A stretch of DNA of 40,412 nucleotides from Bacteroidales bacterium. Its GTDB lineage: Bacteria; Bacteroidota; Bacteroidia; Bacteroidales; UBA12077. How positions within the stretch are numbered: the first letter of the stretch is position 1; each line of letters opens with the position of its first letter. The notes under the pieces were generated by a model that was given only the letters and a program-made list of their open reading frames with translations, had not been told where the DNA came from and did not search any database. This document shows positions 19,913-28,739 of the stretch, one piece after another. The stretch covers positions 1-40,412 of the forward strand of contig JANQHR010000002.1 in NCBI GenBank assembly GCA_028282585.1. The letters are read 5' to 3'. Position numbers and translations under genes: made by a program.

Positions 19913-20836
19913 ATGAGAAGATTTTTAATGCTTATGGGATGTTTCGTGTTGATCTTAAACGCAAAAGGACAAACCCGGATTTCTGATTCGGAACAATTAG
20001 TTTGTCCGGAATTAAGCGCTAATTTATTTGCACCGGGAGATGTATCTACTAAGGCAGCGTATGAATTTGGATCTACTCTTTCTAAAAATTATCAGTAAAT
20101 TTATTATGGTGTAAGACTTAATAAAGACTGGAAGGCTGAAATACGTTACTCTTGTAAAGTAAAAGATAAATGGAAAAAACCGGAAAGACTTACTTTAAAT
20201 GAAAGATATACGTATAATGATCCATACCTGAATGAAACTGAGGATAAGCTATTTTTTGTTTCAAACATGCCACTTGAAAAATTTGGTGAACCAAAAGATT
20301 TTGATATTTGGTATATGCAAAAAACAGCAAAAGGTTGGTCTGCCCCGAAGCATACAGGTGATGTTATTAATTCCGACAAGGATGAGTTTTATGTATCCAT
20401 CTCGAATAATGGTACAGTTTATTTTGTTTCGAACAGACACACGTTGGGAGAAAATGATCAATGGGATTTTGATATTTACTATTCGGTAATAAAAGATGGT
20501 AAATATCGGGAACCGGTGCGTTTAAATTTAACAATAAATAGTGTCTATTTTGAATGTGATCCCTTTATTGCTCCGGATGAAAGCTATTTAGTTTTTAGCT
20601 CATCGCGCCCTGGAGGATTTGGCGAAGGGGATTTGTACATCTGTTTTAAAGAAAAAGACAATAAATGGTCGAAACCAATTAATATGGGCGAAAAGATTAA
20701 TACCGAGTTTCATGAATTCTGTCCTCAGGTAACCAAAGATGGATTAAAATTCTTATATACGAGTAAAGGCGATATTTACTACATAAATACCCTTATATTA
20801 GAAGGAATAAAGAACTTACATTATGAAACAAAATAA
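19913..20836 (+). pseudogene. TolB-like PD40 protein with one nonsense codon
   Basis: ORFs 19913-20098 and 20267-20836 share a frame, split only by TAA 20096-20098; signal peptide; PFIAPDES, GDLY; similar to 6946-7917. Confidence 0.85.
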
Positions 20837-21299
20837 TATTAGCCATATTAAGAAAAGGGAAATTCAGGCGCCAATTGTAACTTCTATTGTTAAAGAGTTT
20901 ATTAAAGAATTGGGGAAAGAAAAAGCACTCGCTATTTTATCAAGAGTAATTGAAAAGGATGCTGTTAAATCGGGACAGGAACTTGCCCGGCAATTTAATG
21001 GAAATTCCATGAAGGAATTGGTGACCTTAATTAAGGAGATCTGGTGTAAAGATGAAGCAATGGAGATTGAAGTATTGAGGGAAACTGACTCGGAATTTCA
21101 TTTTAACGTAATCAGGTGTAAATATGCGGAGATATATAATGAGTTGGGAGAGATGGAGCTGGGTAAATGTCTTTCTTGTGACAGAGATTTTCCTTTTAAT
21201 AAAGGATTTAATCCTGAAATTAAACTGAAAAGGTCAAAAACTATAATGGAAGGAATGGACATCTGCGATTTCAGATATACTAAAATTTCTCTTGTTTAG
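20823..21299 (+). CDS. L-2-amino-thiazoline-4-carboxylic acid hydrolase-like (V4R) protein
   Basis: RCKYAE, LSCDRD, RSKTIMEG...CDFRY. Confidence 0.85.
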   Translation: MKQNNISHIKKREIQAPIVTSIVKEFIKELGKEKALAILSRVIEKDAVKSGQELARQFNGNSMKELVTLIKEIWCKDEAMEIEVLRETDSEFHFNVIRCKYAEIYNELGEMELGKCLSCDRDFPFNKGFNPEIKLKRSKTIMEGMDICDFRYTKISLV

Positions 21300-21323
21300 T
21301 TGATTCAAAGAAACTTAAATATT

Positions 21324-21368
21324 CTTATCAATAGTCAATTTATATTATCAATATATCATTTAAACTTG
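21324..21368 (+). promoter_or_regulatory. Degenerate Crp/Fnr box plus -7-like TAAACTTG
   Basis: CTTATCAATAGTCAAT; 21-nt spacing. Confidence 0.5.
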
Positions 21369-21373
21369 TAATG

Positions 21374-21450
21374 TTAGTTCTAAAGAGAGAGTGTAAAATT
21401 ATTCTTTACCCCTAGAAGTTTAATCGTAATGCACTCTCTTTTATCTTTTG
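21374..21450 (+). ncRNA. Candidate small RNA 1
   Basis: AGAGAGTGTA (21386-95) pairs with TGCACTCTCT (21430-39), then a U-rich tail; C-rich loop; no ORF. Confidence 0.35.
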
Positions 21451-21460
21451 ATTAATACTT

Positions 21461-21504
21461 CTTGATTTTCGTCAAGTGTAAAATGGTCATGATTTGTAAT
21501 TTTA
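21461..21504 (+). promoter_or_regulatory. Crp/Fnr-type box (21461-21476) plus -7-like TAATTTTA
   Basis: CTTGATTTTCGTCAAG; 20-nt spacing; no ORF downstream. Confidence 0.7.
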
Positions 21505-21509
21505 CCATG

Positions 21510-21740
21510 ATTGTTTAAAGGTTGTTCGCAAGTAGGCAGGAAATCAAAATACTGCAAATAATGTTTCTCGATATAATTTAAAGCACAAACTACGTTATTT
21601 CCTACTCATTGTGACCTAAAAGATTGACAGGAAATTGTAAAGGAGAATTCGAGAAAAATAATAGAAAATAGCTTTGAGTTAAGTTAATGTCTTCTTGCAT
21701 AGGAAAATTACCTAAAATTAAAATTCCTGCGCAGTTTTAG
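21510..21740 (+). ncRNA. Candidate small RNA 2
   Basis: ORF-free; AGGAAA x3 with complementary TTCCT x2 forming stems. Confidence 0.3.
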
Positions 21741-21779
21741 TTTACAAAATTTCATAAACTTGGGTTTGATGATTGTGTG

Positions 21780-22211
21780 TTAGTTTTTTATTTTCAATAA
21801 GTTAATTCCCAGCCAGTCTAATGCAGTTTCTTTTGTATTGAAAAGCTCCATTTCCAGGTTTTTTATTGACTTAAATTCCAATTTAAGTAATGTAGCATTA
21901 ACAACTTGTTTTGGCGAAGTAACCACATCGGCAATTTTAGCATATTCAAAATCCTTAATAATCTTCATTAGAGGATTTGATAGGGTATAGATCTCTCTGG
22001 GTTTTATTTTAGTATTTGATTGTCTAAAATCGAATAGTACCTTTATTTCCTGAATAAAATTAATCGGGTGATCATTAATTATCTCCAGAAAACCAAGCAG
22101 GTCTGAAATATAAATTTCGCCTTTGAACACAACTTCTAAATATCTTTCAGATTTGTTGAATGATATTCTGCACTTTTCGTTAGTATTATAATTACTTTTT
22201 AGCATTTTCAT
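21780..22211 (-). CDS. STAS/SEC14 (SpoIIAA-like) domain protein
   Basis: VLFDFR, KIADVV, ELFNTKETALDWL. Confidence 0.75.
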   Translation of the reverse strand: MKMLKSNYNTNEKCRISFNKSERYLEVVFKGEIYISDLLGFLEIINDHPINFIQEIKVLFDFRQSNTKIKPREIYTLSNPLMKIIKDFEYAKIADVVTSPKQVVNATLLKLEFKSIKNLEMELFNTKETALDWLGINLLKIKN

Positions 22212-22227
22212 TTGATTTAATGGAGTG

Positions 22228-22272
22228 CTAAACTATACTTAATCATAATTTCAAATATTGACGATCATCAAT
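22228..22272 (-). promoter_or_regulatory. Crp/Fnr-type box (22257-22272) plus -7-like TAGTTTAG
   Basis: ATTGACGATCATCAAT; 21-nt spacing. Confidence 0.75.
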
Positions 22273-22284
22273 AAAAATCCGTAT

Positions 22285-23079
22285 TTATAAGTTTATTCTT
22301 AAATCCAGCTTACGTTCTTTTTTGATTAATTCAAGTTCGCTTCTTAGAATGTTCCAAAAATTATGATTTTTATTGAAAATTGCATGTTTAATTAGATCTT
22401 TAGTATTTGGAAAGTTTTTGTTTAATACAGGTTCAATATTTTGCCAATAAACATCTGATTCGTTTAATATACTTAATCTGTAAATCCAAATAGTACCTGC
22501 GCAAGATTCTAACATACGGATAAGCTCAATTACATCTGTAACGTAAGGTATTACAGGGCAGATGAGTGCGTTCGTTTTAATTCCCTGCTCTTTAAGTTCT
22601 GCAAGTGCATTAATTCTAAGTTCGGTATCAATGGTATTATGTTCAAAAAGCTTTCGAATAGTATTATTTGTAAAAGCAACTGATACACTTACAGAAGCAT
22701 TATCCATATTTTTTAATAGATATTTATCACGTAAAACTAAATCTGATTTTGTTAAAATACTTACCGAAAAATTCTTTTCTAAAAGGAGATCTAACACTTT
22801 GCGGGTTTGAATAAGATGTTTCTCATGCGGTTGATAAGGATCTGTATGGTGCCCAAGATAGATTTTTTGGGGATGTAAATCTTTCAATTCATCACTAAGT
22901 TTTTCTATAATATTTTCGTGTACGACAATCCTTTCGGTCCAGTTAGTTTTTGCATACTGAAGTGCATAGCAATAGTAACAATAATGTGAACACCCAATAT
23001 AAGGGTCAATTTGGTAATTAATATTTTTTAAACTACAAGATTTTAGAATCACTTTTTCTGCGCATGTCATAATATTCAT
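22285..23079 (-). CDS. Radical SAM protein (SplB/Rv2578c-like)
   Basis: IDPYIGCSHYCYYCYA, TDPYQP, ILTKS; start uncertain (23070, 23079 or 23124). Confidence 0.88.
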   Translation of the reverse strand: MNIMTCAEKVILKSCSLKNINYQIDPYIGCSHYCYYCYALQYAKTNWTERIVVHENIIEKLSDELKDLHPQKIYLGHHTDPYQPHEKHLIQTRKVLDLLLEKNFSVSILTKSDLVLRDKYLLKNMDNASVSVSVAFTNNTIRKLFEHNTIDTELRINALAELKEQGIKTNALICPVIPYVTDVIELIRMLESCAGTIWIYRLSILNESDVYWQNIEPVLNKNFPNTKDLIKHAIFNKNHNFWNILRSELELIKKERKLDLRINL

Positions 23080-23319
23080 AATATAAGCAATTTGGTATTT
23101 AGAATATCTCGTAATAAAATGCATTGATAGCCAATGCCTGGTTAGAGGATTTCTTTATTTTTATTAGTAGTTTGAGAACTATAATTCTTACACTTTTTAT
23201 TTATATTTTCTTTGGTAAGCTTTTGGTTCTTACTATTTTGTTTTATAGTATATACAGATTCTGCAGTTATCATTAAAAATATGTTCATTTTTATGATTAT
23301 TTAATGCTATAATTAGACG

Positions 23320-23916
23320 TTAACAATATATAGTATCGCGGTGCTTTTCATACACCCGCTTCTTTATGCGGCTTAAAGTTTCCGCAGAAACTCCCAAATA
23401 AGAAGCTATATGTTGTTGAGGTACTTGCTGAAACAATCCACGATTGGTTTCAAATAACTTAATAAAGCGCTCCTCTGCCGAGAGGGTTACAAAATAAGCA
23501 ATTTGTTGTTGATATGCTATGAGTTCTTTTTCTTTTCCCAGTCTGGTGATTTGTTCAAACCGGGGTGATTTCTCTAACAATTCTTGTACAGCTTGTTTAC
23601 TTATTTGAATTAAAACGGTGTCTTCTATTGCATCGAAATTTTTTTGGGTTGGCACCTCATGTTTTAAGCTCATATTAACCCATATAAAACTACCTTCTTG
23701 ATAGAAAAAGGCTGTTTTATCTTTTCCGTCTGCATTATAAAACAATCGCACACATCCATCAAGAACAAAATATATATTCCGTACAATTTTACCAGCGTTA
23801 ATAATGGTTTCATTCTTACGATAAAATTTGATTTTTATGTGCTCTCGCAGGTAATTAATATCCCTTTCATTTAATTTACCTTGCTGGTTTACTTGTTCAA
23901 TAAATTTTTCAAACAT
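23320..23916 (-). CDS. Crp/Fnr family transcriptional regulator (paralog 2)
   Basis: YFVLDGCVRLFY; IASYLGVSAETLSRIK. Confidence 0.93.
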   Translation of the reverse strand: MFEKFIEQVNQQGKLNERDINYLREHIKIKFYRKNETIINAGKIVRNIYFVLDGCVRLFYNADGKDKTAFFYQEGSFIWVNMSLKHEVPTQKNFDAIEDTVLIQISKQAVQELLEKSPRFEQITRLGKEKELIAYQQQIAYFVTLSAEERFIKLFETNRGLFQQVPQQHIASYLGVSAETLSRIKKRVYEKHRDTIYC

Positions 23917-24114
23917 AACATCCGCCTTTTAGTTAAATTTTTATTGCAAATGAATCAATAAGCTATTTTCAAATCGACTCATTTTGTAAGATCGAACCAA
24001 TGTTTTATTATTTAATCTTGAGCTTTTCATATATTTTGCTAAATACAGTTTTACTTTTTTCTTTTTATATTACAATGCTGTAAATACTTGTTCTATTGCT
24101 GTTAATAATTTCAA

Positions 24115-24312
24115 TTATTTAATTTCTACAGAAATAAGAATAAGATTAAGATCTCTAATTAAGTTTAATATACCATGTAGTTTGGCTTGATCATTTAAAT
24201 CGCCTAAAAGAACAGTATTGCCATCCTCATAAGAAATATTCAATCCTTCAAACCAATCTTCCCATTTTTTATCAAGGAGTCCTTTAATTTTTATTTCTGC
24301 TTTAATACTCAT
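24115..24312 (-). CDS. Small ACT-like protein of the type found next to MalT-like regulators
   Basis: IKG.LD..W.DWFEG...DQAKLHG.L..IRDLNL.LISV pattern, recognised from memory. Confidence 0.75.
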   Translation of the reverse strand: MSIKAEIKIKGLLDKKWEDWFEGLNISYEDGNTVLLGDLNDQAKLHGILNLIRDLNLILISVEIK

Positions 24313-24336
24313 GTTTTATTGGTTCTAATTACAAGT

Positions 24337-24397
24337 CAAAATTAGGAATGGACTGTTTTTAATAAATCATCCTCAGGGATGATTTAAAAGGATGATT
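24337..24397 (-). promoter_or_regulatory. Triple GGATGA operator plus -7 box TAATTTTG
   Basis: AATCATCC-tcag-GGATGATT-taaaa-GGATGATT; 20 nt to the -7 box. Confidence 0.8.
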
Positions 24398-24480
24398 TTA
24401 GAGCTATAATTACTACCGTATTCTTAAAAGTCAAAATTATTAAGAAATGGATCCCGGTAAAGATCCAATTTGTGGTTAAT

Positions 24481-24512
24481 AAAAACAGTCCAATTGTTTT
24501 TTAATTGGACTG
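24481..24512 (-). terminator. Intrinsic terminator after STAS gene
   Basis: CAGTCCAATT...AATTGGACTG with a T-run on the minus strand. Confidence 0.75.
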
Positions 24513-24566
24513 AGTTTGACATGAATGGAATAATAATTAAGCTAATTATTATTTATATGTTGTTTA

Positions 24567-24914
24567 TTATGAGGCTTGCTTTAAAGTTGTTTTTCTTAAA
24601 TCGAATTCATACTCCAAATCAAGCAAAGCAAATAGTTCAAGGACTTCTTTACGAATATACATAAGCACCAAGTCTATATTGTTAAAAGAAGCTTTCTTTT
24701 TTAGTTTTAATAACAATCTAAATCCGGTACTATCAATAAATTCAATTTCCTGCATGTCAAATACAATCCTACTATTGGAAGGATTAATCAGCTTGAGCAT
24801 TTCGGATTCAATAATATCCGAATTAATAATATTAAGTTTATTAATTCCCGGGAAACGCACAATACAGGTGTCGTTTATTTTCTTACTGGTAATTATTTTA
24901 TTTATTGTTTCCAT
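24567..24914 (-). CDS. STAS anti-sigma factor antagonist
   Basis: VFDMQEIEFIDSTG with the conserved phospho-Ser motif. Confidence 0.88.
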   Translation of the reverse strand: METINKIITSKKINDTCIVRFPGINKLNIINSDIIESEMLKLINPSNSRIVFDMQEIEFIDSTGFRLLLKLKKKASFNNIDLVLMYIRKEVLELFALLDLEYEFDLRKTTLKQAS

Positions 24915-24926
24915 AGCTTTAAATTC

Positions 24927-25820
24927 TTATAACTGTAATAATCTTTTTTTAACATCAAATTCATTTGGTACAGGTTGATTCATAATCTGTTTTAACGATT
25001 TTGCACCTAGCCAGTTTCTATCTCTCCACCAACTTAATTCAAAAGGCAAATACCCTGCCATTTTTTCAATTTGTTTGTCGCTTATATTCATCTTTCTGAA
25101 TAAGTAATTAATGAGTTTTACTTTTGCTTTTAGAGGATTTGGTTGCCCTGCTGGAACCCCATATTTCATACAATTAATCGTATGTATACCAGACATTTTA
25201 TTTTTCATCACTTTAAAAATTGATCTTTGAATTTTTCTTGGTGGGGGAATTTTCTTTTCCAGAATAGTGTTAGCAACTTTTTGTGCTAGCTTTTTATTTT
25301 TCTTTCTGGCTTCATTCCTCCAGGGGAAAAAACCGGAAGTAAAAGCACCCATACTCTTTATACTTCCAAAAGACATAGTACCATAAGTGGCAAGCATTTT
25401 TTCGAGAAACGCAGCAGTTTCTTTTTGTCCATCGTTGCCGGTTGTAACAGCACTTAAACTATATTTTCCAAGTAATGGGTAAATATGGCACCACGTAAAT
25501 AACCGATCAAAAAAGGCTTTCATTTGGGCAGTTACCTGATTTGTATATACCGGAGAACCTAGTATTAGCATATCGCAATCAATCATTTTAGATTTCAGTT
25601 CGGTTAAATCGTCATTAATTGGACAGGGCCTTTCATATGTGCAGTTCCAGCAACCACGACAAGGGTCAATTTTTTTTCTGCCAAGGGAAATAATTTCATG
25701 TTCTAACTCGAGACCTTTTTGAGAGATTTCTTCGACAAAATCCTCTATTAAAGCTCGAGTATTTGATTTTACATCATGTGGACTGCCAATAATTGTTAAT
25801 ATTTTAAATGTTTTTTTCAT
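24927..25820 (-). CDS. Iron-sulfur flavoprotein / NADPH-dependent FMN reductase family
   Basis: IGSP..SNT, CRGCWNC....CP, GSPVY, KAFFDR. Confidence 0.88.
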   Translation of the reverse strand: MKKTFKILTIIGSPHDVKSNTRALIEDFVEEISQKGLELEHEIISLGRKKIDPCRGCWNCTYERPCPINDDLTELKSKMIDCDMLILGSPVYTNQVTAQMKAFFDRLFTWCHIYPLLGKYSLSAVTTGNDGQKETAAFLEKMLATYGTMSFGSIKSMGAFTSGFFPWRNEARKKNKKLAQKVANTILEKKIPPPRKIQRSIFKVMKNKMSGIHTINCMKYGVPAGQPNPLKAKVKLINYLFRKMNISDKQIEKMAGYLPFELSWWRDRNWLGAKSLKQIMNQPVPNEFDVKKRLLQL

Positions 25821-25861
25821 GATTATATGGTTTTGTTCAGTTCGAAATTTGATTCCATCAT

Positions 25862-25921
25862 CAAAAATCCATATCGTCTATCATAAAAAAATCATCCTCC
25901 GGAATGATTCAGAGGATGATT
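25862..25921 (-). promoter_or_regulatory. Triple GGATGA operator
   Basis: AATCATCC-tccg-GAATGATT-caga-GGATGATT; GATTTTTG (one mismatch to -7) 20 nt away. Confidence 0.75.
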
Positions 25922-25945
25922 TTAACAATATATCGCGTTATGATT

Positions 25946-28594
25946 TTATAGGAAACCTTTTTCCTTTGCTTTTACAGCAGCCTCATTTCTGTTTTTAGCC
26001 CCAAGTTTTAGCAATATATTTCTAACGTGCGTTTTTACAGTAGTTATCGAGATATAAAGTTGATTAGCAATTTCCTGGTTAGATAAATTCTCAGCAATTA
26101 GTTTTAACGTGTCTAGTTCTCTGGCACTTAAAAACTCTTCTGAAGTTATATTTCGAATCTTTTTTTCTTTATCGAATATGCTCAATAAATTATTTATATA
26201 ATTGTTGCTTATTAAATCAAGCCGTTTACTTGTTTTTGTAGCTTTTAATTTTTTAATTTCTTTTAAAATAATTTCAATTTCCTCACCCTCATTAATATAG
26301 GTTCTTATAAAGTCTTCGTTTTGTGTAATTAAAAGAGCATTTGTGATAGATTCAATAGCTTCGTTTTGCTTCTTTTTGTTGTAATAAGCCTTTGCTTTTA
26401 AAAGTTCTACCTCGCAGAGTATTTCATAAGCATGGCAATTTTCCAGGCCTTTTACCTGTTCTTGCAAACAGCTTAATGCTTCATCGTATTTCTTATGTAC
26501 AATTAAATATCGGCTTTTAGCCACATTGTAAAAGTAATACTCAAAGTGGTGTTTATTGCCAGACTCAAATTGGTTTTTAATGATGTTATCGAGTTTATCC
26601 CGATTTCCTTTTAAAGCATATAGTTTGATTCTGAGAGAATTTGCTAATACATTTAACCATTGAGCAGCATTTTTATTTAAAAAAACATCTAACTCTTTAA
26701 CAATCTCTAATGCTTTGTCATAATCTCCGGATTTATATAGTGTTTCTGCCAAAATAAGGGCAGAATAGCCTTTAAATGACATACTTGTTGCTTTCTTAGA
26801 CAAGTCATATCCCTTAAAAGAAGTTTCTAGTCCGTCTTTAATTTCATTTTTTTCAACAAGAAAACAACCAACAATTGAATACAAAATAGAAGATAAAATA
26901 CCAATCTTAAATCCATCAATAGAAGTGTCGGCATTGAATATCTCAAGTAAATCTTTACTTTTTCTGTATGATTCTTTGTATTTTCCCTGAAGTCTTAATA
27001 CATAGGCAGTTTTTGATTCAGATACTGCTTTAAGGTATATGTTATTTGCCTTTGAAGCATTATTTTGTGCCTTGTTTAATGATTGAAGGCATTCATCCAA
27101 TTCAAATCGTAATAAATGTGATTCTCCATGCGAAATATGTGCCCAGGCACTCCAAATAAGATCTTCATCCGAGATGTATTTTGTAGCTAATTCAGAATAT
27201 TTAAAGGCATCATCAACATCACCGGAAAATACTTTTAAAAGATTGAACGTTTCATAAATTTTACCCAGCAAATTTTCATCCTTTGTATGCTCTAATAATT
27301 TTACCAAATAACCCTCCGCTTTTGGTAAATTGCCAAATACAGTTAATGCCCAGGTATAAATTATGCAGAAGTTAGTATTTGCAAACAATTCTTCATCAGA
27401 AAATAAACTGCCAAATTTTAAAATGGTGGCGTGTTGTGAAGTTTCCCAGAGGCGATCAATAATTTGAGAAATTAAATTTAATGCTTTCCGTTTATTGCAC
27501 GCACTTAATGCATGTTCAATTGCAAATAAACTGAAGCCATTATTCTCGAACCACTTACTTGCTTTAGCATGAAGCTCCGGAATTTTGTGTTTGTAACGAA
27601 TAAGCAACCTTTGTTTGAGCAAATCAGCAAATAAATGATGATACCTGAACCATTTACGTTCATTATCTAAAGGAATTATAAACATGTTGCCTTTTTCAAG
27701 CGATTCTAAAAGCAATTGGCTGTTATCCTTACCTAACATTGAATCGCAAAGTGAACCGGATATTTTTTCAAGAATGGATGTACAAAGCAGAAAATCCCTC
27801 ATCTCTTCGCTCTGAATATTCAGAACTTCTTCCATAAGATAATCCATAATGTATCGATTATCTCCTGCAATTTGTTCAATGTAAGCAGAAATATCGTTTT
27901 GGCCCTGAAAGGTTAAAGCTGTTAATTGAAGACCTGCTATCCAGCCTTCTGTTTTAGATTCAAGTAAATCAATATCCTTATCGTTTAAATCTAACCTTAA
28001 CTTTTTATTAAACAATTCATGAATATCGTTTCTTGAAAAATTTAAATCTGAGGATCTGATTTCTATTAATTCATTTTGACTTCTTAAGCGGGCAAATGGA
28101 AGTGGAGGGTCCGATCTTGTTGAAAGAATAATATGAAAATGATCAGGTTTATAGTCAATTAAGAAGGAAACCAAATTAATGATTTGTTTGTTTTGTATTA
28201 AATGAAAGTCGTCAAGTACAAGCAATAAGTGATGTTCAATCTGTAAAAGATCATTAATAAATAATTCTAAAATGTAATCTAAACTGACCGTACCCGGAGA
28301 CTTTAAAAGTTCCAGGGAATTTTTCCCAATAGCGGGATGTGCTTTTTGAATTCCATGTATAATAAACGAAAGAAATTCATTGGGATCATTATCTCGTTCG
28401 TCAATGGAAAACCATGTAGTTTGTATTTTATTTTTGTTTATCCAATCGCTAATAAGAGTTGTTTTTCCATATCCTGCAGTAGCCGACACCAAAATAAGCT
28501 TTCTTTTTAATCCTTCATCAAGCTTCTCAAAAAGATTAATACGATGAATGATTTTTTCCCCGGTTTGCGGAATATGTAGTTTGGTGAGAAGCAT
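25946..28594 (-). CDS. MalT-like STAND ATPase-TPR-LuxR regulator
   Basis: LLTKL..P, ATAGYGKTT, LVLDDFH, TEGWIAGL, FRYHHLF, C-terminal LuxR HTH. Confidence 0.95.
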   Translation of the reverse strand: MLLTKLHIPQTGEKIIHRINLFEKLDEGLKRKLILVSATAGYGKTTLISDWINKNKIQTTWFSIDERDNDPNEFLSFIIHGIQKAHPAIGKNSLELLKSPGTVSLDYILELFINDLLQIEHHLLLVLDDFHLIQNKQIINLVSFLIDYKPDHFHIILSTRSDPPLPFARLRSQNELIEIRSSDLNFSRNDIHELFNKKLRLDLNDKDIDLLESKTEGWIAGLQLTALTFQGQNDISAYIEQIAGDNRYIMDYLMEEVLNIQSEEMRDFLLCTSILEKISGSLCDSMLGKDNSQLLLESLEKGNMFIIPLDNERKWFRYHHLFADLLKQRLLIRYKHKIPELHAKASKWFENNGFSLFAIEHALSACNKRKALNLISQIIDRLWETSQHATILKFGSLFSDEELFANTNFCIIYTWALTVFGNLPKAEGYLVKLLEHTKDENLLGKIYETFNLLKVFSGDVDDAFKYSELATKYISDEDLIWSAWAHISHGESHLLRFELDECLQSLNKAQNNASKANNIYLKAVSESKTAYVLRLQGKYKESYRKSKDLLEIFNADTSIDGFKIGILSSILYSIVGCFLVEKNEIKDGLETSFKGYDLSKKATSMSFKGYSALILAETLYKSGDYDKALEIVKELDVFLNKNAAQWLNVLANSLRIKLYALKGNRDKLDNIIKNQFESGNKHHFEYYFYNVAKSRYLIVHKKYDEALSCLQEQVKGLENCHAYEILCEVELLKAKAYYNKKKQNEAIESITNALLITQNEDFIRTYINEGEEIEIILKEIKKLKATKTSKRLDLISNNYINNLLSIFDKEKKIRNITSEEFLSARELDTLKLIAENLSNQEIANQLYISITTVKTHVRNILLKLGAKNRNEAAVKAKEKGFL

Positions 28595-28739
28595 GTTGCA
28601 AATTAAGAAAAAAATAGATCACAAGCCTCAAATACCTCAATATTATATAACATCAAATTTATCAAGAGTTCTAAGATTTCAGATTAATGGTTTTTTGAAA
28701 ACTTAATTGTAGTAAATTTGCAAGCATTAAAATAGGTAT

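Noticed and set aside
19182-20098. Stop-codon recoding
   Set aside because: Different stops (TAG and TAA) are involved and both end intact genes elsewhere in the window
1407-22272. Repeated palindromes as CRISPR repeats or attC sites
   Set aside because: Irregular kb-scale spacing, no cas or integrase, and fixed phasing to promoter boxes favours operators
22285-23079. Radical SAM as maturase of the precursor peptides
   Set aside because: SplB-like, no SPASM or RRE domain, and 20 kb away
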